Positions 45,538-54,965 of a stretch of 54,966 bases of DNA are shown one piece after another. Source of the DNA: a virus (taxonomy: Duplodnaviria; Caudoviricetes); IMG/VR virus record IMGVR_UViG_3300036782_000031, positions 1 to 54,966 of that record; one strand, written 5' to 3'. A model generated the notes under the pieces. The model was not told the DNA's origin. It worked only from the letters and a program-made list of their open reading frames with translations, and searched no databases. Each line of letters starts with the position of its first letter. Positions within the stretch are counted from its first letter, which is position 1. The position numbers and the translations under genes are program-made.

Positions 45538-47958
45538 ATGGCGGCTATGACGGTCACAGTCACGCAAAGTGGCACGACCGACCCTGGGATGGTAACGCAG
45601 GTCCTGCTGTACTCCGGTTCGGCATCTCCTGCGTCCATCTTCAGCGGTGGCAAGACCGGCTCCAAGACGTTCAGCGCGAACGGAGCAACCCAGCTCGCCA
45701 TCACCCCCAACGCCACCGGCTCGCTCATCGTCGGCACGATGACGAACGGCATCAACACCGCGTTCACAGCCCTGGCATCCACAACATTCAAGACCAACTT
45801 CGCCGACGCCACCAACACCAACCAGCTAGGTGTCTGCGTCTCTTCCGCCACCACGACGTCGGGCACCCCGGTGACCATCGGGGCCTCGGCTCCAACTACG
45901 GCTGAAGGCCAGATCGTTCTGGCTGAGCTTCTCGCGTCCGGCTCGCTCACCGAGGACACAGCCAACGAGCCAGCAGCCGTCACGTCCACCTCAGCCACGG
46001 CCCAGACGACCGCGTCCTTCAACCCCAACGCTGGCGACCTCGTTGTCCTGCTCTCCACCACGGCGGGTGGTAGTGGCAACAGCCCAACACTGACGCCCAC
46101 CAATACGGGCGGCCTGACGTTCACTTCGCTGATCGTAGCCAACGCTCAGTTCTACGGCACAGCTCAGATCTGGGTCGCACAGATACCGGGCGGTGTGACG
46201 CCCACACCTACCTTCTTCGGCTTCAACGTTCCACCGGGCATGGCCAACCCGATGTTCTGGGAACTCAACACCACACCTCAGATCTCCAACGCGCCGTACT
46301 TCGAGCCTGCCGTCATCGGCCCCAACCCGCTGATGGCCACCGTTGACTTCGGCGTCATCACAGTCAACTGCGACGCCGACATCACCGAGACCGATCTCGC
46401 CTGCACGGTAACGTTCCCGGCTCCGACGATCAGCACGGGCGAGAACGTCACCACGACGATCCTGGCAGACTCCGTCTCCTTCCCGGCGCCAGCTGTCAAG
46501 ACCAGCTCCACGGTAACGACGTCGGCGCTGAACTGCACGGTAGCCTTCTCTGCTCCGACCATTCACGCGGGCTCTACTGTCACGCCAACGGACCTCGCCG
46601 GATCCGTCTCCTTCGCGAGTACCGCAGAGACCACAGGCGAGACGGTAACACCGACGAACCTGTCTACAACGGTCGGCTTCTCGGCTCCGACCATCACTCA
46701 CAACTCCAACGCCACGATCACGACGACCGCGTTCAGCACGTCTGTGTTGTTCTCTGAGGTCGTCAATGCGAGCGAGACGGTCGGCCCTACGGCGCTCGCC
46801 GGGTCGGTAGCCTTCCCGGCCCCCACGGAGCACGCCGGGGAGACGGTCTCGACAAGCGGGGTCGCATGCGGCGTCGCTTTCCCAGCGCCGACGGTCAACG
46901 CTAGCGAGGTCGTAACGACGACCGTGCTGGCGGGCTCCGTAGCCTTCAGCGCGCCCACGGTCAACGCGGGCGTCCTCATCGTCCCGTCTGCTGTCGGCGG
47001 TAGCGTCGCATTCAGCGCACCCAGCATCACGACCGGCAACGCCATCAGCCCGGCCTCGCTCGCCACCTCGGTCAGCTTCCCGGCCGCGTCCCACCGCACG
47101 GACGAGACAGCCACCACAGTCATCCTGGCGACCGGCGTGGTGTTCTCTGCCCCGCAGCCTAACGCGAGTGAGACCGCTACCGAGACCCTGCTCAGCACCA
47201 GCGTGGCGTTCGGCGCTGCCTCGTTCCGGGCAGACCAGATCGTCACCACCGTTGTCATGTCTTGTACCGTTGCGTTCCCGGCCGTCAGCATTCAGAGCGG
47301 CACGGCGGGCGTCGCCAACCCGACCACCTACGTCACAACCGTCGCCTTCACCGGGCCGCAGATCCACACCGAAGAGCACGCCACCACGACAGTGCTCAGT
47401 ACGGCGGTCGCCTTCTCGGCCCCAACCGTCAACGCCAGCCAGACTGTCGCCACGACAATGCTCAGCTGCACCGTTGGCTTCATCGCGTCGCAGCCGAACG
47501 CCAGCCAGACGACATCCCCGAACGCGGTGGGCGGGTCGGTCGCCTTCAGCGCGCCGGTCATCAACCAGAGCCAGACGGTTACGCCCACGGCGCTAGCAGC
47601 GTCCGTCAGCTTCAGCGCGGTGACGCCCAACGCGGGCTCCGGTGCGCATCCGACAGCGCTCGCGGCCTCTGTCTCGTTCCCGGCGTCCGTCCGGAACATC
47701 AGCCGCACAGCACAGGTTGTCCTGCTGGCGCCGACAGCCGCTACCTTCCCGCCGATCAGTACAGCGGCCGGGCTGACCATCATGCCGACGACGCTCCACA
47801 CGGCGGTGGACTTCCCGTTCTCCTTCGTGATCGACTTCATCGGCACAGTCACCTCCCAGAACTTCGGCGTGTACAGCGTCACCACCGGGCAGGGCGGAGC
47901 CACCGCCACATCCTACAACATACCTAGCGGGTCCGTCACTCAGGAGAACTTCGAATGA
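45538..47958 (+). CDS. Fibre-like repeat protein
   Basis: Globular N-terminal part, then about 20 repeats of roughly 24 aa (V.PT.L..SVAF.AP.V). Confidence 0.7.
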   Translation: MAAMTVTVTQSGTTDPGMVTQVLLYSGSASPASIFSGGKTGSKTFSANGATQLAITPNATGSLIVGTMTNGINTAFTALASTTFKTNFADATNTNQLGVCVSSATTTSGTPVTIGASAPTTAEGQIVLAELLASGSLTEDTANEPAAVTSTSATAQTTASFNPNAGDLVVLLSTTAGGSGNSPTLTPTNTGGLTFTSLIVANAQFYGTAQIWVAQIPGGVTPTPTFFGFNVPPGMANPMFWELNTTPQISNAPYFEPAVIGPNPLMATVDFGVITVNCDADITETDLACTVTFPAPTISTGENVTTTILADSVSFPAPAVKTSSTVTTSALNCTVAFSAPTIHAGSTVTPTDLAGSVSFASTAETTGETVTPTNLSTTVGFSAPTITHNSNATITTTAFSTSVLFSEVVNASETVGPTALAGSVAFPAPTEHAGETVSTSGVACGVAFPAPTVNASEVVTTTVLAGSVAFSAPTVNAGVLIVPSAVGGSVAFSAPSITTGNAISPASLATSVSFPAASHRTDETATTVILATGVVFSAPQPNASETATETLLSTSVAFGAASFRADQIVTTVVMSCTVAFPAVSIQSGTAGVANPTTYVTTVAFTGPQIHTEEHATTTVLSTAVAFSAPTVNASQTVATTMLSCTVGFIASQPNASQTTSPNAVGGSVAFSAPVINQSQTVTPTALAASVSFSAVTPNAGSGAHPTALAASVSFPASVRNISRTAQVVLLAPTAATFPPISTAAGLTIMPTTLHTAVDFPFSFVIDFIGTVTSQNFGVYSVTTGQGGATATSYNIPSGSVTQENFE

Positions 47959-48245
47959 ACCAGTACATCAGTGGCGCGCTCGTTCGTTCCGTAGCCACCT
48001 TCGTGAACGTCGCCGGGCAGCCAGCCAACCCAACCACGACAGTGCTGAAGTACCGGGCCGGAGCCGGGGAGGTACAGACCATCTCGTCGCCGACCAACGA
48101 TGAGGAAGGCGTCTTCCACTACGACATCGACACCACAGGATGGGAAGGCCCAGAGGATCTGATCTACGCGCTGGAGTGGGTTGGCACCGGTGTAGTCCAG
48201 GCCATCACGGTCGACTGGTTCAACGTCATCGCGCCAGCCCTATAA
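47955..48245 (+). CDS. Small virion beta-sandwich protein
   Basis: NPTTTVLKY..GVFHYDIDTT..W.GTG. Confidence 0.65.
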   Translation: MNQYISGALVRSVATFVNVAGQPANPTTTVLKYRAGAGEVQTISSPTNDEEGVFHYDIDTTGWEGPEDLIYALEWVGTGVVQAITVDWFNVIAPAL

Positions 48246-48361
48246 AGGCAGAACCATCTGGCCTATACTCAGGGTCTGGTACAGGGGATCCCTAGCGGCT
48301 GGAGGCCATATGCGGCGCTACAAGTAATCGCGCCTACACCTACAACCGTACGTGCGCGTAG

Positions 48362-48400
48362 AGCCCCAGGGCAGTCCCGCATAGACGCCCTGGGGCTTTC
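48362..48400 (+). terminator. Terminator ending the virion operon
   Basis: AGCCCCAGGGC / GCCCTGGGGCT 11-bp stem plus TTC, between convergent operons. Confidence 0.7.
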
Positions 48401-48541
48401 GCTTGCCTGGGGATCCGGGTCCGGCCCGTCCAGTCGCTCTCTGCTGTCAAACGGAGTAATGCCGGCCCACAACTACTGACGTCGACGTCTTCAGGCTTAC
48501 ACCTTCGCAGTGTGCCGCGACTCGCCCGGATCCCCAGAACT

Positions 48542-48691
48542 CTACCATCCGCTCTGGCTGCTACCTATCCGCATCCGATCCTTGACACCGTCCCCGATCA
48601 CAACCTGGTAGGTCATGCCGGGCGGGTCCGGGATCTCCATAGCACCCCATGTGATGGTCGGTACTTCTTCCTGCTTCTTCTCATCAGCCAC
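48542..48691 (-). CDS. 49-aa hypothetical protein (not in ORF track)
   Basis: GAAGGAG RBS before GTG; ADEKKQEEVPTITWG.. Confidence 0.5.
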   Translation of the reverse strand: MADEKKQEEVPTITWGAMEIPDPPGMTYQVVIGDGVKDRMRIGSSQSGW

Positions 48692-48717
48692 GGTGGCTCC
48701 TTCCGCTCAGGGGAAGC

Positions 48718-49950
48718 CTACTTGACTACGCGGAAGAACTCTGTCGGATGCCAGCTGCCACCGTAGCTCATGAAGCCCACGCCCTCGGCCGCATCGTGCG
48801 CTCCGAACGTCTCGCCCGGCTTGACGTACAGCTCAACGTGCCCGGTGCCGAAGAACGCGAGGTCGCCCGCCTGTGGGCTGTAGGTACGGACGAGCATCCG
48901 GCTGTCCAGCATCTCGTACGTGTCTCGCGGAAGGCTGATGCCCGCACCGTGCAGGTAAGCCTCGACGACGAGACCGGAGCAGTCGTACGCTGGCCCCAGG
49001 CCACCCCAGGCGTAGGCGTGGTGGTTGGCGTTGGCCTCGGCCCACATCAGCGCGCGGTAACCGTACCCACCCACAGGCACGGCATGAGCGGCCAGCCACC
49101 TCAGGTGAGCCAGGTGAGCAAGGTGTGCTTCGTGTGCGACTTGTGCGGCGGTGAGGACGACGGCATCAGTCTCAACAGATCCGGTGGCCACTCCTTGTAC
49201 CGCTGCGTCGGTGCATCCGTCGTACGGTGTCCAGTTGGAGGCTCCGGCTGGGGTTGCCATTGCGTTGTCGAAGACCTGGTTCTGCTGGGCGACCGAGGCG
49301 TGCCCAAAGGTGGCGGCTGAACCGCCGTACTCTTCCCAGGTGGACTCTGAGAACTGATAGAGCCCGTAGTGCCCGCTTGCGTTGGTGATGTCTGGGTTGC
49401 CGCCAGACTCGTTCTTGATGACGCATTGCTGAAAGGAGCTGTCGCCCTGCACCGGTGGGCTCACCGCCGATTGGTGCACGGGAGCAGGGACAGCGGTGAC
49501 CGGAGCGACGGCCGCAGCAGGCGCGGCGGGCTGAGGTGGAGGCGTGGGCAGGGCAACCGTCGGGTCGCTGCCCGTGGCGGGCATCACCAGCTCCTGCCCC
49601 GGCTCGATCAGGTTGGGGTTGGTACCTATCAGACGCTTGTTGGCCTCGTAGACGCCGGACCAGTCAGCCGCCTTCCCATAGTCCCGGGCGGCGATGGCGC
49701 TCAGGCTGTCGCCCGGCCGGACCCTGTAGTGCATCACTGCCGCTACCGTCGCGTTGGGCCGAGTCGCCTCGTGGTGGAGATCAATGGCGATCGGCTGGCT
49801 GTGGTGGCCGGGTGACGTCAGCATCACAACGCCAGCTGCCGCCGTGCCAACACCAACCGTCCCTGCGGATGCTGCTGCTAGCGCACGGTTCGCCTTCTTG
49901 TGACTCGGCCTGTACTTGCGGCCGAGCCGCCTATGCGTGCCCCTACTCAT
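48718..49950 (-). CDS. Secreted LysM + Rpf-like transglycosylase + NlpC/P60 cell-wall hydrolase
   Basis: GTHRR basic signal region; YRVRPGDSLSAIA..NPNLIEPGQ; CVIKNESGGN..GLYQFSESTW; YAWGG.GP.YDCSGLV..GDL.FF..GHV. Confidence 0.9.
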   Translation of the reverse strand: MSRGTHRRLGRKYRPSHKKANRALAAASAGTVGVGTAAAGVVMLTSPGHHSQPIAIDLHHEATRPNATVAAVMHYRVRPGDSLSAIAARDYGKAADWSGVYEANKRLIGTNPNLIEPGQELVMPATGSDPTVALPTPPPQPAAPAAAVAPVTAVPAPVHQSAVSPPVQGDSSFQQCVIKNESGGNPDITNASGHYGLYQFSESTWEEYGGSAATFGHASVAQQNQVFDNAMATPAGASNWTPYDGCTDAAVQGVATGSVETDAVVLTAAQVAHEAHLAHLAHLRWLAAHAVPVGGYGYRALMWAEANANHHAYAWGGLGPAYDCSGLVVEAYLHGAGISLPRDTYEMLDSRMLVRTYSPQAGDLAFFGTGHVELYVKPGETFGAHDAAEGVGFMSYGGSWHPTEFFRVVK

Positions 49951-50023
49951 GTGAATACCCTCACAGTGGGTGATTGGGCACGGCTTACACCTGCGATTCG
50001 CAGCGGCGTGCCGGACGCCGTTG

Positions 50024-50072
50024 ACGCTACGCCAAATGCGCAACGGTAACCGGTTCGTTACCGGATCGTTAT
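50024..50072 (-). promoter_or_regulatory. TAGCGT -10 with three GTWAY boxes at 11-bp pitch over the -35 region
   Basis: -10 at 50024-50029; GTAAC 50046, GTTAC 50057, GTTAT 50068. Confidence 0.5.
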
Positions 50073-50217
50073 TCTGGGCGGCCGGGAGCGGCCTACCGGG
50101 GCCGATCAGGCCCGACGCATGCGACCGGGGCTGTCGAGGTCGGACAAACTAGGGTCGCCGGGTATAACCGGGTGGGTCGGTAGGGTCGGACACGCTCCGA
50201 TCCGATACGCGAACAGC

Positions 50218-50252
50218 AAAAAGGCGACACCGGGATGCTAGTCGGTGCCGCC
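50218..50252 (-). terminator. Intrinsic terminator after the dnaE operon
   Basis: GGCGGCACCG/CGGTGTCGCC stem plus TTTTT on the minus strand. Confidence 0.75.
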
Positions 50253-50338
50253 CTATGCTTGCCGGTACGCCCGGTCTGGCGCTTCCCTGGGGAGGGAAGA
50301 AGTGAAGGTGATCTCCGTCGCCCTCACGCATCGGTAGC

Positions 50339-50563
50339 TTAGCCGGTCTCGTCGTCCGGCGGTAGGGGAACGTCCTGAATCGCTGGCGGAGGCCGGTACG
50401 GCGCGTGCGACGTGACGTAGCTGATGTTGACTTCGGGGTTGCCGAAGCCGACTCCGTTCCGCACATCCTGGGTCAGCATCTCCAGGTTCATCTCCTGCGG
50501 AACGGTGACGGCCACGTTGAAGTGGACCGTCTTCATCAGCCGCTTAGGCCGGTCCGTGGTCAT
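50339..50563 (-). CDS. Hypothetical protein
   Basis: 74-aa ORF in the operon. Confidence 0.6.
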   Translation of the reverse strand: MTTDRPKRLMKTVHFNVAVTVPQEMNLEMLTQDVRNGVGFGNPEVNISYVTSHAPYRPPPAIQDVPLPPDDETG

Positions 50564-50792
50564 GGCTCACGTCCAGACTCAGCTCATGGAGCCGAGCGTG
50601 GAACGCGCGCCAGCTGCCTTCCGTGTCGACCATCCGCTCCACGTACAGCACCGACAGCCCACCCAGGCTTTCCTGGTGGCGATGCGTCATGTGGAGCGCG
50701 AAGTCTTCTGTCCCCATGTTCTCGGCCGCCTGAACGACCGGAACTCTTTCTGCCACGTGTGTCACTTCAATCCCCGCTCTAGTCAGGATCAA
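50544..50792 (-). CDS. Hypothetical protein (start uncertain)
   Basis: ORF bridging dnaE and the next gene. Confidence 0.5.
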   Translation of the reverse strand: MILTRAGIEVTHVAERVPVVQAAENMGTEDFALHMTHRHQESLGGLSVLYVERMVDTEGSWRAFHARLHELSLDVSHDHGPA

Positions 50793-53067
50793 CGACGTAC
50801 AGCTTGTCCACCATTACCGGAGTGCCGAACCCAGCGATCCGGTTGCCGACCGCGACGACAACGTCGTGATTGACTGCGATGCTTTCGATGGTCTTCTTCA
50901 GCTTCGGGAAGGTGAACCGGTTGACACGCAGATACACTTCCTCATCAGTAACGTCGTAGCACCGGAGTGAGCAGTACTCAAGTAGCTCGGGGTGCTTCAG
51001 CGTCTTAAGGATATCCGCTTCTTCCTCGCCGGTACGCGAGCGCCGGTTCTCCACGGCGTCCTGGTAGTTGCGCTCTCTCACCATGCCCGCGTAGACGACG
51101 CGCGGACCCTTCCCATAGTTCGCTCTCGCGTTCGCCCCATAGGTTTGCTCCACGAACTCCTCGGCCACCTGGATACCGGTGTGTGTCGGGCGCGGTATGT
51201 CGTGCTGCTTTGACAGCCACGTCAGCGTAGCCTTCATCGTCCGCTCTACGCGATACAGACCGAACGGGTCATCCGCGGAGGCGAACGTCTCCATCTTCTC
51301 GGTGGTCTTCGGTCCGATGCCCGGGATGACCTGGAGGTCGGACCAGTTCTTCGGAGGCGCCAGGGCCTTCAGGTCGTCAATCCGGGTGGCTGTCTTCGCT
51401 CCGACGCCGGGTATGCTCTCCCAGCCCGCGATCAGCTGCGGCGTGCCGGTCTGGGGGTTGTCGCCTCCGCCCGCGTGCCAGCCCGTCCAGGACGACGAGC
51501 TCAGCCGGATGTTCGGCGGCTTCACGTCGATGCCGTGCCCGAGCGCATCCTTCATAAGCTTGTACTGCTGCTCGGCGTCCGACGCCTTGGCCAGAGAAGC
51601 CGCATAGAATTCCAGTGGGTAGTGTGTCTTCAGCCATGCGGTCCAGAACGCCAGCATGCTGTAGCTGATGGCGTGCGCGATGTTGAACGAGTAGGTGCCA
51701 GAGGTGACGAGCCGCTTCCATATCTTGTCCGCCAGCTTCGGGTTGATGTTCCGCTCGGCCGCGCCGTCGATGAACTGCTGATAGCTCATCTGGAAGGAGG
51801 CCTCGCCTAGCTTCTTGGATATGATGCGGCGGATCTGGCCAACCGAGAACCAGTCGAATCCACCGATCTCCTTCAGGACGCGGAGGATCTGTTCCTGGTA
51901 GATGATCTGCCCGTAGGTATCAGCGGTGACGGCATCAACCATAGGATGTAGCCGTTCGGCTTTCCGCTTTCCGTGTCGTACTTCAACGTACGCAGCAGTC
52001 TGGCCCGAGAACAGAGGACCCGGCCGGGAAAGAGCGTTGATGTCCGCGATGTGCTGGAAATGATCTGGATGAACGTCACGGTTGACGAGCCGAGTAGCAC
52101 GACCTTCAAACTGAAAGATCCCGGTGACGTCCCCTTTACGGAATACATCAATCGTCCCTTGGTCCGTGTCCGGGATAGCATATAGATCCTCCAGCGTCAG
52201 CCCAGCTAGCTCCAGGCAGCGGGCGATCATCCCCATCGTGGTGAGTCCCAGGAAGTCCAGCTTCAGCGCATCAACGTACTCAACGTCATACTTGTCGATG
52301 CTGAGGCTCCGAACGCCGTTCCGTTCGTACACGGCGCAGATGTCAGTGAGCGGCGAGTTAGCGACGATCATTCCGGCCGCGTGAATGGACATCCCTCGCA
52401 CATCGCCCTCAAGTCGGGCAGCTTTCCACAGGTCAGGGAATTCATCGAACACAGCCTTTGCGTTCGGAAACATCGCAACTGTATCCTGAAGCGAAGTGTC
52501 GAACCGGCTGTCGCCACCACTTCGCTCAATGATGAGGTTAGAGACTGTCTCCTTCGCAGCGTGCGGTATGTTGTAGACCCGAGCCACGTCGACCAAGCTG
52601 TTCTTACCCCGGTATCGAATGAAGTTCGCAACCTGTCCCACGCATTCTGGACCGTACTTGCCAGCCAGATACTCGCGAACCTCATCGCGCCGATCATCTG
52701 AGCAGTCCGTGTCAATGTCGGGCGGGTCGGCTCTTGACACATCCAGGAACCGCTCGAAAAGCATCCCCTGATAACGGTACGGGTCGATCTCGGTGATTCG
52801 TAGGAGCCACGCGACAACCGACGCTGCCACGCTACCACGGCCGGGTCCGATGGGGATCCCGTTGTCCTTGGCCCACCGGATAGCGTCGGAGGTGAAGAGG
52901 AAGAAGTCAGCAAGATCCTTCTCCAGCATGAGATGCAGTTCGTACTTGACTCGTTCGGCATACCACGCCTGCTCTTCCTTCGGCCGCGAGCCGATCTTCC
53001 GATAGCGCCAGCCCATCCGGCACCACTCGGTCAGTAGCTCCTCCGCGTTAAGCTTGCCAGTCATCAT
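50779..53067 (-). CDS. dnaE: DNA polymerase III alpha, catalytic part (lacks PHP)
   Basis: GPGRGS, FERFL, PPDIDTD, HAAG, KLDFLGL, GIFQFE, RPGPL, YQEQI, YSFN.AH. Confidence 0.95.
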   Translation of the reverse strand: MMTGKLNAEELLTEWCRMGWRYRKIGSRPKEEQAWYAERVKYELHLMLEKDLADFFLFTSDAIRWAKDNGIPIGPGRGSVAASVVAWLLRITEIDPYRYQGMLFERFLDVSRADPPDIDTDCSDDRRDEVREYLAGKYGPECVGQVANFIRYRGKNSLVDVARVYNIPHAAKETVSNLIIERSGGDSRFDTSLQDTVAMFPNAKAVFDEFPDLWKAARLEGDVRGMSIHAAGMIVANSPLTDICAVYERNGVRSLSIDKYDVEYVDALKLDFLGLTTMGMIARCLELAGLTLEDLYAIPDTDQGTIDVFRKGDVTGIFQFEGRATRLVNRDVHPDHFQHIADINALSRPGPLFSGQTAAYVEVRHGKRKAERLHPMVDAVTADTYGQIIYQEQILRVLKEIGGFDWFSVGQIRRIISKKLGEASFQMSYQQFIDGAAERNINPKLADKIWKRLVTSGTYSFNIAHAISYSMLAFWTAWLKTHYPLEFYAASLAKASDAEQQYKLMKDALGHGIDVKPPNIRLSSSSWTGWHAGGGDNPQTGTPQLIAGWESIPGVGAKTATRIDDLKALAPPKNWSDLQVIPGIGPKTTEKMETFASADDPFGLYRVERTMKATLTWLSKQHDIPRPTHTGIQVAEEFVEQTYGANARANYGKGPRVVYAGMVRERNYQDAVENRRSRTGEEEADILKTLKHPELLEYCSLRCYDVTDEEVYLRVNRFTFPKLKKTIESIAVNHDVVVAVGNRIAGFGTPVMVDKLYVVDPD

Positions 53068-53345
53068 CGTCCTCGCTTCTCAGAGCCACCCATAGCACGA
53101 CGCTGACGACGAGCGCCAAGATCGCCAACACCATCAGGCAGCTCTCGAGGTACGTCATCCCCGGGAACGTCGGGCTCTCGCATTGCGTCTTCCACACGGC
53201 GCTTGTTCTCCTCGGTCGGCTCCCGCTCGTACTGGCAGATGACGCAGTCGTCGGTGTTGCCCTCGGGCTGACCCAGGACGACCGCTGTCTTGGCGTGACC
53301 GATCAGGCTGTGAAGGGTAGCGATGTACCAGGCGATCACGTCCAT
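53064..53345 (-). CDS. Small CxxC protein between the two dnaE parts
   Basis: DDCVICQYE; overlaps both neighbours. Confidence 0.6.
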   Translation of the reverse strand: MDVIAWYIATLHSLIGHAKTAVVLGQPEGNTDDCVICQYEREPTEENKRRVEDAMREPDVPGDDVPRELPDGVGDLGARRQRRAMGGSEKRGR

Positions 53346-54316
53346 GGCTTCAGGTCCTCCTCGCTGATCGGGTAGCGGAGCCGCTCGGCCTTGGGGAGCG
53401 TGACGTTACAGCCCTCTGCGATGTACGCGCTCCGCTCGATGGCCGACCACGCCGTCCGGCCGGATAGCCCGGTCTTCTTCAGCCGGTCGGCTAGGGCCTC
53501 GTCGCTGTCGGGCAGCGTCAGCGGCACCTCATAGTTCCACTCCCGCATGGCGTCGTCAACGGACGCCTTGCCCCGGTGAACCGCGTGGAGCACAGCCTGC
53601 ATCTCACCGTCGTCCGGACGCGGGTAGTGGACGTCGCCGGTCACCACGAGCGGGACACCCGTCTCCTTCGAGATCTGCTCGTAGGCTACGTTCATCTGGC
53701 ACGTCCGCTCCAGCTCATAGAACGGCTGGCACTCTAGGTAGTAGTCGTCTCCGAAGATTCGGCTGTAGCTGTCGACCAGTTCGTAGGCTCCGTCCCAGTC
53801 GTATCCACCTTCAGGCTCAGGGATCCCTTTGCCACCCAGGAGCGTGCAAGCGAGCTGAGACCCGGAGCAGCCACTGAGCACAACGAGACCAGAGCGGAAC
53901 TCAAGGAGCGCAGCTCCGCTGACGGTGGGATGGTAATAGTAATCGAGATAGCTCTGGGTGACGATCCGGTTGAGGTTTCGGTAGCCATTGACATCCTTCG
54001 CCACGATCGTGAGATGGTTCTTGAACTGGCCCTTGGCCGGGAGGAGGTCAACCTCACCGTCCGCGCGCACCCGCATCCGCCGTTCGTCGTTCTCCTCTAG
54101 CACGGACCCGCAGTATGCCTCGAGACCAAACAGCGGCTTGATGCCCGCCTTGTTCGCGGCCTTCTCGAGCTGGAAGTGTGAGCTGACGTTGCCGTGCTCC
54201 GTCAGGGTCATTGCGGTGTAGCCCAGCTCAACGGCGCGCTCTACGTGCTTGGCCGGGGTCCCGAAGCCATCCCCGAAAGAGAACGTGCTGTGATGGTGCA
54301 GATTGACAAACCTCAT
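53336..54316 (-). CDS. dnaE: DNA polymerase III alpha N-terminal PHP domain (stand-alone)
   Basis: FVNLHHHSTFS..DG, LTEHG, GLEAY, HLT, GYRNL, LSGC, DVHY. Confidence 0.9.
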   Translation of the reverse strand: MRFVNLHHHSTFSFGDGFGTPAKHVERAVELGYTAMTLTEHGNVSSHFQLEKAANKAGIKPLFGLEAYCGSVLEENDERRMRVRADGEVDLLPAKGQFKNHLTIVAKDVNGYRNLNRIVTQSYLDYYYHPTVSGAALLEFRSGLVVLSGCSGSQLACTLLGGKGIPEPEGGYDWDGAYELVDSYSRIFGDDYYLECQPFYELERTCQMNVAYEQISKETGVPLVVTGDVHYPRPDDGEMQAVLHAVHRGKASVDDAMREWNYEVPLTLPDSDEALADRLKKTGLSGRTAWSAIERSAYIAEGCNVTLPKAERLRYPISEEDLKPWT

Positions 54317-54330
54317 ACTCGCCTCCTGGA

Positions 54331-54364
54331 GGGAGCCAGGCCGGGGCGCACCGGCCCGGCTCCC
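54331..54364. terminator. GC-rich hairpin between genes
   Basis: GGGAGCC.GGCCGG / CCGGCC.GGCTCCC. Confidence 0.5.
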
Positions 54365-54371
54365 AGTTCAG

Positions 54372-54965
54372 TTAGGAGGTGAACGGATCCGGCTGCCCGG
54401 TCAGCGTGGCGTACTGCTGACCGAGGACCTGGAGGTCCACTCCCTCAGGGTCGGTGCCCTTGACCTTGCTGACCCATTCCTGAGCCACGACGCCCCACAC
54501 CTCAGCACAGTTCTGGGTGAACCATCCGGGTGTCATGCCCTGGAGGCCACCCCAGGTCCAGGCCCAGTAGGAGCCGGGCTGATAGCCGCAGAGGATGATG
54601 CAGTGATCCTCCTCGTTGGCGGTCGGCTGCTCGACCCACATCTGGCCGTTCTCGAACGCCTGCTGCTCCGCGTCCCCGACACCGACGCCGATCATCAGCG
54701 GGCCAAGCTCCGCCAGAGCCTGCTGCCAGTTGTTCGTCTTGCTGACGCTCAGCTCGCCGAACGGGCCGCTCTTGATCCCTGACAGCCCGGTCTTCTGCAG
54801 GTACCCGAGCCCAGCCTGCAGCGTGCTGCCCTGGTCGGTTGGGTTGTTTCCGGGCGGGCCTGCGTTCTCGTCGAAGCCAGCCACGGCCGAGTACATCTTG
54901 AGGATCTCGGCCTCGGTCATGTCGACTTCCTGGCCCTGGCCCCAGAACGACCAGCCCTCGACGAG
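54372..54965 (-). CDS. Papain-like (C1-type) peptidase domain, 5'-truncated by the window edge
   Basis: Frame open to the edge; TDQG, LGPLMIGV, HCIILCGY, WTWG; the catalytic Cys would lie outside the window. Confidence 0.55.
   Translation of the reverse strand, partial: LVEGWSFWGQGQEVDMTEAEILKMYSAVAGFDENAGPPGNNPTDQGSTLQAGLGYLQKTGLSGIKSGPFGELSVSKTNNWQQALAELGPLMIGVGVGDAEQQAFENGQMWVEQPTANEEDHCIILCGYQPGSYWAWTWGGLQGMTPGWFTQNCAEVWGVVAQEWVSKVKGTDPEGVDLQVLGQQYATLTGQPDPFTS

Noticed and set aside
48285-48312. Extra copy of the GGTATGG promoter
   Set aside because: TATGG..CAG is present but there is no -10 at the 18-bp spacing.
49951-50220. c-di-AMP (ydaO) riboswitch upstream of the Rpf-like gene
   Set aside because: Expected from context, and CCCGGTAGGC is present, but the GGGGTGAAT and CCCGTCAGCTAA core elements are missing.
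53064-53345. Intein or self-splicing intron interrupting dnaE
   Set aside because: No Cys/Ser-start or HN-end splice motifs, no homing endonuclease, no recognisable intron core.
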